Of a stretch of DNA of 26,337 nt, positions 1-8,500 are shown one piece after another. Position numbers and translations under genes: made by a program. Under the pieces are notes generated by a model. That model worked only from the letters and a program-made list of their open reading frames with translations, was not told the DNA's origin and searched no databases. The DNA lies in NCBI GenBank assembly GCA_902796695.1, contig CADBQE010000194.1:1-26337 (forward strand). The letters run 5' to 3'. Positions within the stretch are counted from its first letter, which is position 1. Each line of letters starts with the position of its first letter. The stretch comes from an uncultured Lachnospiraceae bacterium. GTDB taxonomy: Bacteria > Bacillota > Clostridia > Lachnospirales > Lachnospiraceae.

Positions 1-13
1 AAGGTCCGCCCTC

Positions 14-42
14 TGTACAAAAACCGGGCTTTCTGATATAAT
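14..42 (+). promoter_or_regulatory. Putative sigma70/SigA promoter for the nucleotidyltransferase gene
   Basis: TGTACA (14-19), 17-nt spacer, TATAAT (37-42) preceded by TG (extended -10, TGaTATAAT); ATG at 85. Confidence 0.6.
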
Positions 43-84
43 CCGGTTTGAAATAATCCACTGATTGCAAGGAAAAGCCAGCCC

Positions 85-1158
85 ATGAATCCGGAAATCA
101 ATGCTCTGATCTCTCTCACCGCGTCTGCCGTTCATCAGACGGCCCCCGCTCCCGAGCTCATTGCTTCGCTTGATCTCGAAGCTCTGAAAAATGCCGCGGC
201 CGCCCATGACCTGTCCGCCGTCCTGTTCTACGCCCTGGAATCCGCCGGCGCAGCCGACAATCCGTTCAAGGAAGACTGTGCGCGCTCCATCCGGCGGAAC
301 ATGCTGATGGACGTGGACCGCGAGGCGATCTTTTCCGCCTTTGACGAGGCCGGGATCTGGCACATGGCCTTAAAAGGCGTCGTCATGAAGGAATACTATC
401 CGCAGCCCGGCATGCGCCAGATGTCGGACAACGACATTCTGTTTGATGCCTCGCGGGCCGAGGACGTGAAAACCATCATGGAATCCCTGGGCTTTACCAC
501 CATTCATTTCGGGACCGGCTACCAGGACGATTACAAGAAGAAGCCCGTCAGCCATTTTGAAATGCACCGGATGCTCTTCCTTCCCTTCCGCGAGCAGCTG
601 TACAATTATTACCAGAACATTGAGGACCGCCTGATTCCCGGCCCCGGCTTCGAACGCTTCTTCACCGATGAGGATTTTTACATTTACATGCTTGCCCACG
701 AATACCGCCACTATATCTGGCGGGGAACCGGTTTGCGCTCCCTGGTGGATATCTATGTTTTCCTGAACCGTCCCGGATGCAGTCTGGACCGGGCCTATCT
801 GGATGCCGAGCTGGAAAAGATCGGCATTCTGGAATTCGAAGAAACCAACCGGACGCTGGCCGGGAAGCTGTTCGGCGGCGATGCGCAGCCGGAGCCCCTG
901 AACGAAAAAGAATCCGAAATGCTGGAATACATCATCTCTTCCGGCACCTACGGAACCCGGGAGCAGGGCGTCCAGAATGCCGTCAAACGCTTCGGCATAA
1001 CCGGCTACGCCGCCCGCAGGGTGTTTCTTCCCATGAGCGCCGTGGAAAAGCACTATCCCTTTTTCTACCGACACAAAATCCTGCTGCCCTTCCTCCCGCT
1101 GTACCGCCTGATCCGCAACCGCAAGCAGGTTCAGGAAGAATTCAAAGCAATCAAATAG
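85..1158 (+). CDS. Uncharacterised nucleotidyltransferase family protein (NTP_transf_5-like), 357 aa
   Basis: Motifs ALKG and RQMSDNDILF, FEMH and YxYMLAHxYRHYIWRGTGLRSLVDIY, which are typical of this family; followed by an intrinsic terminator. Confidence 0.8.
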   Translation: MNPEINALISLTASAVHQTAPAPELIASLDLEALKNAAAAHDLSAVLFYALESAGAADNPFKEDCARSIRRNMLMDVDREAIFSAFDEAGIWHMALKGVVMKEYYPQPGMRQMSDNDILFDASRAEDVKTIMESLGFTTIHFGTGYQDDYKKKPVSHFEMHRMLFLPFREQLYNYYQNIEDRLIPGPGFERFFTDEDFYIYMLAHEYRHYIWRGTGLRSLVDIYVFLNRPGCSLDRAYLDAELEKIGILEFEETNRTLAGKLFGGDAQPEPLNEKESEMLEYIISSGTYGTREQGVQNAVKRFGITGYAARRVFLPMSAVEKHYPFFYRHKILLPFLPLYRLIRNRKQVQEEFKAIK

Positions 1159-1160
1159 CG

Positions 1161-1190
1161 AAAAAGCCGGGGCATCCCCCGGCTTTTCTT
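1161..1190. terminator. Bidirectional intrinsic terminator between the convergent nucleotidyltransferase gene and rfbA
   Basis: Perfect 11-bp stem AAAAGCCGGGG-catc-CCCCGGCTTTT (1162-1187) with A/T tracts on both sides. Confidence 0.85.
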
Positions 1191-1231
1191 CTTTCGGTCA
1201 GTTTACACAGGCTTGTTTCCGCACCGCATCT

Positions 1232-2140
1232 TTATACCACGATCTTGCCTTCCATGACAGCCCTTAAGTGTTCGCCGTACGGGCTCTTGCCGTACCGCTC
1301 CGCACTGGCTTTCATCATCTCATCGTCGATCCAGCCGAAACGGTAGGCGATTTCTTCCGGCGCGGAGATCGTCATGCTCTGATATTCCTCGATCATACAT
1401 ACAAAATTGGTGGCTTTCCGCAGAGAAGAAAACGTTCCCGCATCCATCCAGGTAAAGCCGCGGCCCAGAAGTTGCGCCTGAAGGCGCCCTTCCTGCAGAT
1501 ACATGTCGTTCAGCGTGGTGATCTCGAGTTCTCCCCGGGCACTGGGGGTGATTATTTCCGCCTTTTCGCTGACCCCGGCCGGATAGAAATACAGGCCTAC
1601 GACCGCGTAATTGCTCTTCGGCACCTTCGGTTTTTCCTCCACGCTGAGCACGGTCACTGTTCCGTTTTCCGAGTCCTTGTCCCGGCGCACGAATTCCATC
1701 ACGCCGAAGCGTTCCGGATCCTCCACAAAATATCCGAAAATGCAGGCCTTGCCCGACTCCGCCATTTTCTTCGCGTCCGCCAGTTTATGGCCCAGGCCGT
1801 TGCCGTAGAAAATATTGTCGCCCAGGACCATGGCGCAGCAGTCATCGCCGATAAAATCCTTGCCTATCGTAAACGCCTGCGCCAAGCCTTCCGGTTTTTC
1901 CTGCACGGCGTAGGACAGGGAGATCCCGAAAGCGGATCCGTCCCCCAGCAGCTGTCTGATCCGGGGCGTATCCTCCGGGGTGGAAATGATCAGAATATCC
2001 TTGATCCGGGCCAGCATCAGCGTCGACAGCGGATAGTAGATCATCGGCTTGTTATAGACCGGCAGCAGCTGCTTGGACGTCACCATGGTAAGAGGATACA
2101 GTCTGGTCCCGCTTCCCCCCGCAAGAATAATACCCTTCAT
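1232..2140 (-). CDS. rfbA: Glucose-1-phosphate thymidylyltransferase (RmlA/RfbA), 302 aa
   Basis: MKGIILAGGSGTRLYPLT, SKQLLPVYNKPMIYYPL, LGDNIFYG, EEKPKVPKSNYAV, PSARGELEIT. Start moved to the ATG at 2140, which follows a GGAGGT RBS. Confidence 0.96.
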   Translation of the reverse strand: MKGIILAGGSGTRLYPLTMVTSKQLLPVYNKPMIYYPLSTLMLARIKDILIISTPEDTPRIRQLLGDGSAFGISLSYAVQEKPEGLAQAFTIGKDFIGDDCCAMVLGDNIFYGNGLGHKLADAKKMAESGKACIFGYFVEDPERFGVMEFVRRDKDSENGTVTVLSVEEKPKVPKSNYAVVGLYFYPAGVSEKAEIITPSARGELEITTLNDMYLQEGRLQAQLLGRGFTWMDAGTFSSLRKATNFVCMIEEYQSMTISAPEEIAYRFGWIDDEMMKASAERYGKSPYGEHLRAVMEGKIVV

Positions 2141-2216
2141 ATTTCTTACCTCCGTTGGTTCCCGGCTTATTTCTTCACCAAAACGCATTTCATCGGCTGC
2201 CGGCTCTGATTATAGA

Positions 2217-2245
2217 ATAATATTAAACATTTCAGGCCTTGTCAA
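2217..2245 (-). promoter_or_regulatory. Putative SigA promoter for rfbA
   Basis: Minus strand TTGACA (2245-2240), 17 nt, TATTAT (2222-2217). A further TATAAT lies at 2214-2209. Confidence 0.7.
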
Positions 2246-2272
2246 GCACTCTTCTCCCGCCGCGGCCATAAT

Positions 2273-2299
2273 AAAAGAGCGTCCGATGACGCCCTTTTT
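2273..2299 (-). terminator. Intrinsic terminator ending the polysaccharide operon after wzx
   Basis: Minus strand GGGCGTC-ATCG-GACGCTC followed by TTTTATTAT; the stem has one G-U pair in this orientation. Confidence 0.7.
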
Positions 2300-2337
2300 C
2301 CGGTCACGGCAGTTTTCTCCGCTTATTCTGCGGGTTT

Positions 2338-3876
2338 TTACCGTTTCAGTTTCTTCAGGAGCCGCCCGGCCATGCCCTTGACGTACCGGAATTCTTCCGT
2401 CTTCCGATACAGGATCACGACCAGCAGATTCGGAACTATGCAGGCGATGATCAGCCGAATTACAAAGCCGAGCAGCGGACGGGTTGCCGGCAGCAGCAGC
2501 CCCAGGCCGTAAGCCGCCGCGCAGCTGAGCGCCGTCACGGCCGCATAAACCGCATATTTAACGAAGTAGCCGCAGACCGGTCTTTTGAACACTCTCCGGT
2601 AAACCAGCCAGGGGTCGTACCACACCTGCGTTGCCAGGCGGGATACGGTCGTCGCCGCAAAGATCCCCAGGATCCCCCAGGCTTTTCCCCAGAAGTAATC
2701 CAGCACGATATTGAGCACCGCCATGATCGCCGGCCGCATCCATCCCTGCACAAAAAGCCCGTTGGCTGTGCGGAAGGACTCCACCGGAAACACCATGACC
2801 GCGATATAATAATTGGCCGTCATCACGCCTATGATCAGCATGCTGACCTTGTAAGACTCGTTGAACCAGATATCTCCCACGAAAGGATTCAGCAGAACGA
2901 ACATGCAGGTGCAGGTAAAGCAGCACACCCAGAATGCCAGGAAATTCATTCTGTTGAAGACCGCTTCCTGCTTATCGTTGTCGGATGTCGCGGCCAGATT
3001 GCCGATGCTGGGCTTGGCCGCGTTTACGATCTGGGACACGATATGCCGCACGCTGTTGATGATCAGGGAGAAGTTTCCGATGATCGCGACCTGCACCGTC
3101 CCCACGAATGCCGAGATAAAAATACTGTCCGTACTGTAGATCACGACCCCCGCCGTGGAATACACCGTAAGGCAGGCCAGGTCGCGGATCAGTTTCCTTG
3201 TATCTTCTTTGGACAGCGTCTCCCCGGTCTTTGCGACATACTCCGGATACAGCTTATCGGTCTTCCGCGACAGGATCAGGTTGCGGGCGACGGTCGCGAT
3301 CAGGTGGACGATCAGGTAAGCGTAGAAAGCCCGGAAGATGAACAGCAGAATGACTTCAATAATGCTTTCGGCAATATAGATGATCGTTGTCCAGTTGGAA
3401 ATGATCCGTGACTTCTGGTTGGCCCGAAGCAGCACCGTCTTGTAGACCAGAAAGTATGAAAAGGCCGTCGTCACCACATACATCAGGAAGATCCCGCGGA
3501 TATCCTCCCGGATGTTCGGGACGCCTTTTACAATATACTGCAGAAAGGGTACACAGAGAACACCGGCGCAGAGAACTACCACGCCGATGATCGTAAAGGC
3601 CTTCCGATAGAAGGTCATCAGCGCGCAGATACGCTTTTTGTCCTGACGGGCGACCGGGCCGAACAGCGCATAGACCATGGACGTGTCCAGTCCCAGCTCC
3701 ATCAGGGACAGAACCTGGAGAATATCCGTAAAAAGGCCGGAGATGCCGGTATATTCATTTCCGAGGAAATAAATAAATACGGTCCGCATTCCGAACTGGA
3801 TCAGCGTATGGACCAGCCGGTTCAGCAGACTGGCTCCGGAGTTCTTGATCACATTACTGGTTCTGCTGTCCGCCAT
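2338..3876 (-). CDS. wzx: Wzx-type polysaccharide flippase (MOP superfamily), 512 aa
   Basis: Many hydrophobic segments; RTVFIYFLGNEYTGISGLFTDILQVLSLMELGL and STDSIFISAFVG are typical of Firmicute Wzx; last gene of the operon. Confidence 0.88.
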   Translation of the reverse strand: MADSRTSNVIKNSGASLLNRLVHTLIQFGMRTVFIYFLGNEYTGISGLFTDILQVLSLMELGLDTSMVYALFGPVARQDKKRICALMTFYRKAFTIIGVVVLCAGVLCVPFLQYIVKGVPNIREDIRGIFLMYVVTTAFSYFLVYKTVLLRANQKSRIISNWTTIIYIAESIIEVILLFIFRAFYAYLIVHLIATVARNLILSRKTDKLYPEYVAKTGETLSKEDTRKLIRDLACLTVYSTAGVVIYSTDSIFISAFVGTVQVAIIGNFSLIINSVRHIVSQIVNAAKPSIGNLAATSDNDKQEAVFNRMNFLAFWVCCFTCTCMFVLLNPFVGDIWFNESYKVSMLIIGVMTANYYIAVMVFPVESFRTANGLFVQGWMRPAIMAVLNIVLDYFWGKAWGILGIFAATTVSRLATQVWYDPWLVYRRVFKRPVCGYFVKYAVYAAVTALSCAAAYGLGLLLPATRPLLGFVIRLIIACIVPNLLVVILYRKTEEFRYVKGMAGRLLKKLKR

Positions 3877-5131
3877 TGCTTAACAGCCTCCTCTGTGCTC
3901 TTTGTTCCAGCGCAATATTGACGCTGATGCCCGCGGCCGCCCAGATCGCCATCCGGTGCCACAGGGTTCCCGACAGCAGCAGCTGGCAGCTGGCGGCAAA
4001 AAAGATCAGATAGATCCCGACCCATTTCGAACGGTCATGCATCCGGAAGATCTGAACGGAACGTGCAATCATTCCCGCAATGATCAGGATGCCCGGGATC
4101 ACGCCGGTATCGACCAGGATCTCCAGCACAATGCTGTGCGGATGTCCGACATCCACGTAATGATAGATCACGTGACGCGTTCCCATCGCGCCGTATCCCA
4201 GCGGATTGGTCCGGATCATTTCGACCGCGGCATTCCAGATCGGCTCTCGCCCGCTGTCGTCCGCCAGAGCGCCCGAGATCAGTTTTTTGATAAAGCGGGA
4301 ATTGATTCCCAGGGAACTGACCAGAGACTCCAGCAGGGACAGGAGCCACTGGTAGGAAATCGCCAGGAACGCCGCAATGATCAGGAAAAACAGGATCTTG
4401 ACCGCTTTATTCCTGGTTTTCTTCATGCCGAACGCCGCATAGATCACGCAGAAAATACCGATATCCAGGATCGGTCCCCGGGATCCGCCCAGGAAGATCA
4501 TGATCACGGCTCCCACAAAGAATATCCAGTCCACCGCCCGCTTTTCCTTTAACGCCGCATACAGCGTAATCAGGGCATACAGCAGCGTATCATAGCCGAA
4601 GGACAGATTGTAGCTCATGCGGTATTCCGACCCGTCCGGGTTCACCGAAATGACCCAGTATCCCCGGTTCAGCGCCGCTATCAGGCGGTACAGGGAATAC
4701 ATCAGCATGATATAGGCGCAGACCCGCAGGGCCTTCAGCAGCCGGTCCGGATCCCTCTGAAGCCGCAGGAACAGATAGGCATAGATTCCGTTGTCGGGCC
4801 GCAGGACGTAATCCCATACGCCGTAGGTTTCCCGCTGATAAAAATATTCGTATTCCGGATGCAGCAGCAGCGTGATCCCCAGATAGGCGATCAGAAACAG
4901 ATAGACAAACAGCGCATCGATCGGGAATCTTCCGGGGTTCCTTAAGATCACGACCGCAAGCGGAAGGTACGCAAGCAGAATGCAGACCGCTCTGGCATAG
5001 GAACGCAGCCCGACATAGGACAGCGCCTTGCCGACGATCCAGTTGAGGGGGGAACTGCAGATGAACAGCACCAGTGACAGTTCGATCAGGAAGTCCCACG
5101 ATATTCGTTTTTGTGTGCTTAAGGCCTGCAT
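3854..5131 (-). CDS. wzy: Wzy polymerase / O-antigen ligase family membrane protein, 425 aa
   Basis: Polytopic, with Wzy_C-like motifs GGSRGPIL, DSGREPIW, PLGYG and HPHSIVLEILVDTG; overlaps the wzx start by 23 bp. Confidence 0.8.
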   Translation of the reverse strand: MQALSTQKRISWDFLIELSLVLFICSSPLNWIVGKALSYVGLRSYARAVCILLAYLPLAVVILRNPGRFPIDALFVYLFLIAYLGITLLLHPEYEYFYQRETYGVWDYVLRPDNGIYAYLFLRLQRDPDRLLKALRVCAYIMLMYSLYRLIAALNRGYWVISVNPDGSEYRMSYNLSFGYDTLLYALITLYAALKEKRAVDWIFFVGAVIMIFLGGSRGPILDIGIFCVIYAAFGMKKTRNKAVKILFFLIIAAFLAISYQWLLSLLESLVSSLGINSRFIKKLISGALADDSGREPIWNAAVEMIRTNPLGYGAMGTRHVIYHYVDVGHPHSIVLEILVDTGVIPGILIIAGMIARSVQIFRMHDRSKWVGIYLIFFAASCQLLLSGTLWHRMAIWAAAGISVNIALEQRAQRRLLSNGGQQNQ

Positions 5132-5176
5132 GAAAAGTCCGTGCCCCCTATCCGAATAACAGCGGCTTAACCCCCG

Positions 5177-6394
5177 TTATGAAAGAAATTCAAAATCATA
5201 TTCCGCCCGGATCGTTTCCTCCCGGAGCTGCGCGCCCAAGACCCGGCTGACGATCTCCGAAACATCCCGGAGCAGGTTTTCCCGCTTTTTCCCGCTTACC
5301 GTATCGGCCAGGCGGTCCGCCGGCCAGACGCACAGGATCCCGTTTTCTTCCTCCACCATTTTCAGGACCGAAAACGTACATTTCCGCAGTTTTTTCTCTT
5401 CGGTATACAGATGCACGGCCAGACCGTATTCCGGCAGATTTTCGTGCAGCAGATACGCGGAGTTGGGCGACATGCTGAAATTCCCGAGCGAGTAGAAGCA
5501 GGGAACCCGCCCTTTGCGTGCGGCTTTCTGTACCACATGGGGGTGCGATGCCAGGATCACGTCGCAGCCGGCTTCGACGGCCCGGTCAAACACATATTCC
5601 GTAAACGCTCCGGGATTTTCATTGAACTGGCCGCCCGTATGCGGGAAGAATACGACCAGATCCGCTTCTTTCCGGGCGTTCCGGATATCCTCCGTCATTT
5701 TTTCCAGGAAAGGGTCTGCCGTGGATCGGTCCAGGAAATTGTCTTCGTGCGCCCGGTTGTACGGCAGATGAAGCGCCTTTTTGATCCGGCATCTCTTTTC
5801 ATAATCCAGCGAGGCGGTCAGTCTGCTCACGATCCGTTCCGCCGGGGAGGGCCTGCGCTTTTCCGCCGTAAAGTAGCGTTCCGGCTGAGGCCGCAGCAGG
5901 CAGACGGCGTTTTTCTCCTCTTCTTTCAGGCAGATCCGGTTGTCGCTGTAGTTTGTTCCGTATGTATAGGAAACCACCGCAATCCGGCACTCTCCCGCGG
6001 AGAAGAAGCAGACCCCGTTGCGCCGATCCGGATCGTCGCTGATTCCGGCAAAGCCAATGCCTTTCTCACGCAGAACGCCGGCGGTACGGACAAGACCGTC
6101 CAGGCCTCTGTCCAGGCAGTGATTGTTCGCCGCCGTCACTGTCAGGATGCCCGCATCCTTAACGGCATCCGCGAATGCATCCGGCGCATTGAAGGAAAAC
6201 AGGCCGGCGGTATATCCCGCGGCCTCGCCGGCCAACGGGGTTTCCAGGTTGCCGACCGCATGATCCGAAGCCTCAAACATGGGCCTGATCTGTTCAAATA
6301 CTCCGGAGAAATCATAGCCGTTTTCTTTTTCGGCCGCCCGCAGCATCCGCGGTTCGCACATGATGTCTCCGACAAATGTTATCCGTTCTCCCAT
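5177..6394 (-). CDS. CapA/PGA_cap family metallophosphoesterase-fold protein, 405 aa, no N-terminal anchor
   Basis: FVGDIM, GNLETP, ANNHCLDRG, FPHTG, ASHPHVVQ and FYSLGNF are the CapA-family motif set. Confidence 0.88.
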   Translation of the reverse strand: MGERITFVGDIMCEPRMLRAAEKENGYDFSGVFEQIRPMFEASDHAVGNLETPLAGEAAGYTAGLFSFNAPDAFADAVKDAGILTVTAANNHCLDRGLDGLVRTAGVLREKGIGFAGISDDPDRRNGVCFFSAGECRIAVVSYTYGTNYSDNRICLKEEEKNAVCLLRPQPERYFTAEKRRPSPAERIVSRLTASLDYEKRCRIKKALHLPYNRAHEDNFLDRSTADPFLEKMTEDIRNARKEADLVVFFPHTGGQFNENPGAFTEYVFDRAVEAGCDVILASHPHVVQKAARKGRVPCFYSLGNFSMSPNSAYLLHENLPEYGLAVHLYTEEKKLRKCTFSVLKMVEEENGILCVWPADRLADTVSGKKRENLLRDVSEIVSRVLGAQLREETIRAEYDFEFLS

Positions 6395-6413
6395 AAGTCC
6401 CCTGCTCCGCGGA

Positions 6414-7487
6414 TCATGATCTTTCGCGGATGAATTTCAGTATCTCTTCCGTATAGCGGCCGAAAAACGGTCCGGAGCATACCTGGGGCACCATGGAATC
6501 CGGATTCTTCAGATTCATTTCCACAATGACCGGTTCTCCGCTTTCGGATACGCACACATCCCAGAACGCAAACCCGAACCGCGCGATTTTCCGGTGCGCC
6601 TCTTCCACGGTCCGGCAGATCTTGTCAAACGACGGGATTTTGCGGCCCGCAAAATCGTATCCGCTCGGAATCGCGTCATATTTATTGTAATCATGGTCGA
6701 TGGCGTAATCCATAAAGGTTCCGTCTTCCCGGATCCCGATAAAGCGCCGGTCGTGGCCGCTGTTGTCGGCAAAGGCGCCGGCCTGTCCCACCTTTACGAA
6801 GGCGGACATGACATGGGCCTCATCCTGCAGCAGGACGCTGTTCACGCGGATCGTATTCACGGACGATTCGTTCAGCTTTGCCATTTCCGGATGCTGTCTG
6901 AGCGGGATCTGGACCACAAAATTCCTGCCGTGGCTCTCTTTGATCTTCTCCAGCGAGAACGGGCTGCGGAGCAGGACGACGCCTTTCCCCGTATTGGTAT
7001 CGACCGCGGGCTTTACGACCAGTTCCTCAAAGCGGGAAAGGGTCTCTTCCGCCTGCTTTTCCGAAATCAGGCGGTGATCCGCGTCCAGCCATCTGCCGTT
7101 GACATTGCGCAGGACGCATTCGACGGTCGGAGTTCCCTTCAGGAAGAAGTCCAGGTAAGCCTTGTCGCTCCAGGCGGCTCCGTATCCGACGTCATTCATG
7201 GCCGGTTTGATGTCCTGGAAGAAAAACGGGGCGGGAATGAAATCCGGCCGGATCATCCCCGTTTTGGCATAATAGAAGCGGTGCCACTGCAGCGGGACAT
7301 CTTTATAGCCGTATGCGCCCCAGAACTCCCGAATTTCGGCGATCTGGGAGGCGGTCAGTTCCGGAACGGCATCACCGCTCTTCCGGATCATGTCTTCTAT
7401 CAGGCGGATCAGCCTTTTCTGCTCTTTTTTCCGCCTGGCCGTTTTCCAGGAGCTTTTTATGCTCTTTTTCAGTCTGCCTAATCCCAC
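6414..7487 (-). CDS. Sugar-transfer-associated ATP-grasp protein (ATPgrasp_ST-like), 357 aa
   Basis: SDKAYLD, KPAVDTNTGKGV, QHPEMAKLNESSVNTIRV, FWDVCVSESGEPVIVEMN. Confidence 0.85.
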   Translation of the reverse strand: MGLGRLKKSIKSSWKTARRKKEQKRLIRLIEDMIRKSGDAVPELTASQIAEIREFWGAYGYKDVPLQWHRFYYAKTGMIRPDFIPAPFFFQDIKPAMNDVGYGAAWSDKAYLDFFLKGTPTVECVLRNVNGRWLDADHRLISEKQAEETLSRFEELVVKPAVDTNTGKGVVLLRSPFSLEKIKESHGRNFVVQIPLRQHPEMAKLNESSVNTIRVNSVLLQDEAHVMSAFVKVGQAGAFADNSGHDRRFIGIREDGTFMDYAIDHDYNKYDAIPSGYDFAGRKIPSFDKICRTVEEAHRKIARFGFAFWDVCVSESGEPVIVEMNLKNPDSMVPQVCSGPFFGRYTEEILKFIRERS

Positions 7488-7512
7488 TTGTTATTCTCCG
7501 CTGTCAGTTTCC

Positions 7513-8493
7513 TTACCGGCACTGCATGATCATCCGGTATTTTCCGATCCCGTCCTGCTGCATGCCGTTGCTGCCCTGTCTGATATTGGCCTCAATCAGT
7601 TCGCAGCCGGTTTCCGTAATCGCTATGTCCCACCCGATATAACGCAGATGGGCCGGAATGCGGCCGGCTTCCCGGACCGTTTCCTTCACCTGTTCCCAGT
7701 TCGGGATCTGAAGCCCGATCATTCTGGTATTCGTGGAGGGATGATAAAAAATATCGCTTTCCCCGTTGAAGCGGACGCCGCCGCCGATGATGACTCCGCG
7801 TTCGATATCCACCGGATACTGAACGCCGTCCGCATGCAGGTTGTCCACCACACTGCCGGCTCCGCCGCCGCGCAGGCTGGCTCCGACGATATGGACATCT
7901 CCTTTGGCGTCCCGCACCGTGCAGATCCGGGCCGTGTTGACCGAGGTCGGATTAACGTCCCGCAGCACCGGATGCTGGTCGATAAAAGCCTCCAGCAGGA
8001 ACTTTTCCCGTACGGCCGTCTCATAGAAGCGTTCCGGCCCCTCTTTCAGATCTTCCGGCGTCAGAAGCCGCACGCCTTTTCCCTGGGTCTGATTGTCCGG
8101 CTTGATGATGACCTTTTCGTTTTCCTGGAGGAAAGCTTTAAAGTCCTCAAGGGAAGCGTCCGGCGCGTAGATCCAGCTGCGCCCGATAAACCGGGCGAAC
8201 GTTTTATTGAACAGCGCCTTGCTGGCGATCTGTTCGATCTCTTCCCGCGGCGCCGTGTTGAAGATTTCCTCTATCCGGGCCGATTTTCTGGCAGTCACAA
8301 ATGTGGCGCGCTCCCGCCGGCAGAGTTTATAGAACCGAAAAGCGAAATACTGATCGGGATTGGCGCCGTCCCGCAGCCGGCTCAGGAAGCAGTCCCGCCG
8401 GATCTGTCCTTCCGAGCAGCCGTAGCGCTCCGCGATCTCCCGGATCTTTCCGCCGTATATGCTCAGTCTTTTTTTATAGTCACTCAGTTTCAT
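7513..8493 (-). CDS. Sugar-transfer-associated ATP-grasp protein (ATPgrasp_ST-like), 326 aa
   Basis: SKALFNKTF, KPDNQTQGKGV, QHPVLRDVNPTSVNTARI, IGWDIAITETGCELIEAN. Confidence 0.87.
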   Translation of the reverse strand: MKLSDYKKRLSIYGGKIREIAERYGCSEGQIRRDCFLSRLRDGANPDQYFAFRFYKLCRRERATFVTARKSARIEEIFNTAPREEIEQIASKALFNKTFARFIGRSWIYAPDASLEDFKAFLQENEKVIIKPDNQTQGKGVRLLTPEDLKEGPERFYETAVREKFLLEAFIDQHPVLRDVNPTSVNTARICTVRDAKGDVHIVGASLRGGGAGSVVDNLHADGVQYPVDIERGVIIGGGVRFNGESDIFYHPSTNTRMIGLQIPNWEQVKETVREAGRIPAHLRYIGWDIAITETGCELIEANIRQGSNGMQQDGIGKYRMIMQCR

Positions 8494-8500
8494 CTTTTTT

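Noticed and set aside
5177-6394. Poly-gamma-glutamate capsule (capBCA) operon
   Set aside because: No CapB (Mur-ligase-like synthetase) or CapC is present; only a CapA-family domain is seen.
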